NCBI GenBank assembly: GCA_000934665.2
Contig: KZ537957.1
Span: 124,001-188,000 of the forward strand
Source: Catajapyx aquilonaris
Lineage: Eukaryota
Reading direction: 5' to 3'
Length of the DNA: 64,000 bases
A program made the translations under genes and the position numbers. Numbering within the stretch: the stretch's first letter is position 1; every line of letters starts with the position of its first letter. Below are positions 61,468 to 64,000 of this stretch, one piece after another. The notes under the pieces were generated by a model. It had not been told where the DNA came from. It did not search any database and was given only the letters and a program-made list of their open reading frames with translations.

Positions 61468-64000
61468 GTGACGATGTGCAAAGTGGGTTTGCTCTTCCGT
61501 TGTAACCAGGCTCACACTTTGGTGCGTTTTACAGTTAGTGAAAATTTTTGCCGGGTGTTGTAAAAGGCGGATGTGCATGGTGGCTCGAACAGAACATTCC
61601 AAGGTCTTGATGTCACATCTTGTTCTAGTTTCCAATCAGATCGTTCAGTACTGTGAAGCAGTGCATTGGATGGTATATGAGTGAGTCATACATTCAATAA
61701 ATGGAGGTGTCATTACTTTTGAATATTTTGTATAGTGTACGGAGACATTCCCTAAATTCGGTTTTATAAGGTAATTCGGCTTTATAAGGTTAAATCGATA
61801 TGATACACTTTTACTTATCCCTTGGTGGGAGGATGAGGGGATATCTCGGAATCTACGAGTCGGATCGACAAAAGGACATGAGGGCCTCTCGTTTTCAACA
61901 TTCTCCGCGAAATGAGGATGTGCATCGCGGCTCCCAAAGTTTTTTCTAGTGTCTAATCAGATCGTTTGAGACACAGCAAAAGCACCCTATTCTCAGAAAA
62001 TACATCGCAAGTTTTTCGAGAGTCCTAATAATCGAACGCCTATCTGCATTTTAGTACGTTCAGTGCCTCCAACGTGGCGGAAAGGTCGTACTTTCCAAGA
62101 CCCCATTTCGTGGATGCCGTTGATGACACGGGATACGAGCCAGTATGTCACTTTACACGTAGATGAGCCGTCTCTAGAAGTTCATTATAGCCGTAGAGAC
62201 TTGGGTAGGAAAAATGTTCACACTGTACTCTTGGCAATAGTGCAAATTCGATGCATACCAGGTTCGAGAGTTATAGCTAATAAATTCGCGTTCACAATAG
62301 GGAAGTATAGTTCAAGGCAGGGACTTTATCTCGCATGTCCAAAGAATGGCGTCAGTTTCATATTTGTGTTTTTCGCAGTACTGAAACAATAGGGGTTATT
62401 GCGTTTTCGGATGCGTGTAGCACTTGCATTATTATGGGGGGGACGTGCCAAATTCCATGGACATCCATCACGCTGTTGTTTCAGGGAATGCAAGGCGCAC
62501 ACTCTTATGCCATGATTGCCAGAAAACTGGTTCCAGATTACAGGAAATCAGTGGAGCGTGTGTGATGAAAAGGGTCAGCACTGGTGTTATGATGCGCAGT
62601 TTGCTTCGGCTGGAGCTGCAGGTCAGATTTGTTGTTATTCAAACACAGGTCTCGTCAACAATACTTGCTTATTAAGGTGAACACTGTCCAATTTGCATAT
62701 ACAAATTGTAGTATGCTGAGCCTGGGGGATTTTCTCAGAAACTGAAGTTATGGTACATGACGTCACACACATCCAGACGTTTCTTTTGAACCGGTTGTGC
62801 CAGTTAATTAATCGGAAGTCCGAACACTTAATTTGCTCCATTTAAATACCACATATCTCAACGGCCATGATGATAGAAACCTCTCAACAACTGTTAAGAG
62901 ACGTAGAAAGGAGGCAAAAAAGTGTGTCAAATAATAAGCGAAGGCCATCAAGTAGTTATTGGATTGTTGATATCCACTATTCGGCCAATGTCCCGTCACA
63001 AAAGCTTAACTTGAACCACGCTTTCTCCATCAAGGGCAGCATATGTTGTTTATTACGCCTTACTAGGTCCATCTCAATGATTTATTTTCCACACCCTACT
63101 TTTTCTGAATGAAGATTGAGTATCCCATGGATACACCCGAAGTAATAGTGTTGCCCCCATAAATTCAGGGTTTGGTCACAATATATGAGATTGAAACTTT
63201 CTTCCTGCTTGTGACACTAAGAAGGGATGAGCCAAGAGCAGTTTCCAGGAAGCTGGACCGCATCTTCCGTGTGCGTTGTTGCGTTTCCACGATGACTAGT
63301 TTCACTTTGTCAGTCGAATAAGCACAGCGTGCATCAAGACGTCCTTAACTAGGACAGTGTTTCAGGATGTAATCCATAATGAATGAATGTATTGCCCCGT
63401 CTGGCGGTTGTCACATTTTTGTGTACCGTTTTGCGGTGTTTGTCTTGACCTTACACGTATAGAGAAGAGTAGGTGCTATTAAGGGATCACTTTCATTTCT
63501 GAAACACTTGATTCCATTCAAAGGATACGCATAAGCCTTGTCCGTTTCGGACTAGTAATAAGGGGATGAGCCAAGCTGAACTAAATTGAACTTAAATGTG
63601 AGGGATTTTCTTATGGCGTTGAAAGGTCGGCGAAAGTATACTTAAGAAGGAGGGGAAAAAATAGAATGAAAAAAAAATTACGAGAGGACATGGAACCTTG
63701 AGCTCCAGAACTTTCACTTCGGATTTTTTGGTTATAAAACTCTGATTTTATTCACAGATTTCAGGATGGCTAAAAAGTTTTGCCAAAACGTCATCCAATT
63801 TGTGGTGAAGATGTCGCCATAAGCTAGACCACCGATTGCACAATTTTGACAATATTTTGACCCAAATTTTTGACAATCATTTGGTACTAGTATGCAATAT
63901 TTTGTATAGTTTTTTTAAAAAATCCAAGCATACTCGTACGACTTGTCCAGGGAATGTGCAGGAGACTTCATCGCGCGGATGGTAAAGGAACTGGTAATAA

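Overview
Eukaryotic, almost entirely non-coding DNA, probably from an arthropod or other invertebrate (inferred from Inr/DRE-type motifs, SINE style and transposon families). There are no operons, rRNA, intact tRNA genes, CRISPR arrays or intact transposase/RT genes, and nearly all ORFs in the track are spurious. The window holds many short non-autonomous transposons defined by terminal inverted repeats (TIRs) and target-site duplications (TSDs): Tc1/mariner-pogo, hAT, P-like and Sola-like MITEs. It also has a tRNA-derived SINE with a 15-bp TSD, a probable solo LTR, a pogo transposase fossil, a dispersed hairpin-headed repeat family, and mini- and microsatellites. Gene evidence is limited to a likely coding exon for a type II membrane protein (60604-60845, +) with a phase-compatible second exon, two candidate minus-strand first exons (about 246-535 and 51158-51435) and one orphan exon-like segment (42288-42372). 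I see no convincing new multi-gene system. The most unusual items are an 8-bp-TSD element with asymmetric ends, a Crypton-like repeat carrying CTCF-like motifs, and a cluster of four perfect DRE motifs in a hAT-like remnant. All family names come from end and TSD patterns read by eye, not from database searches.
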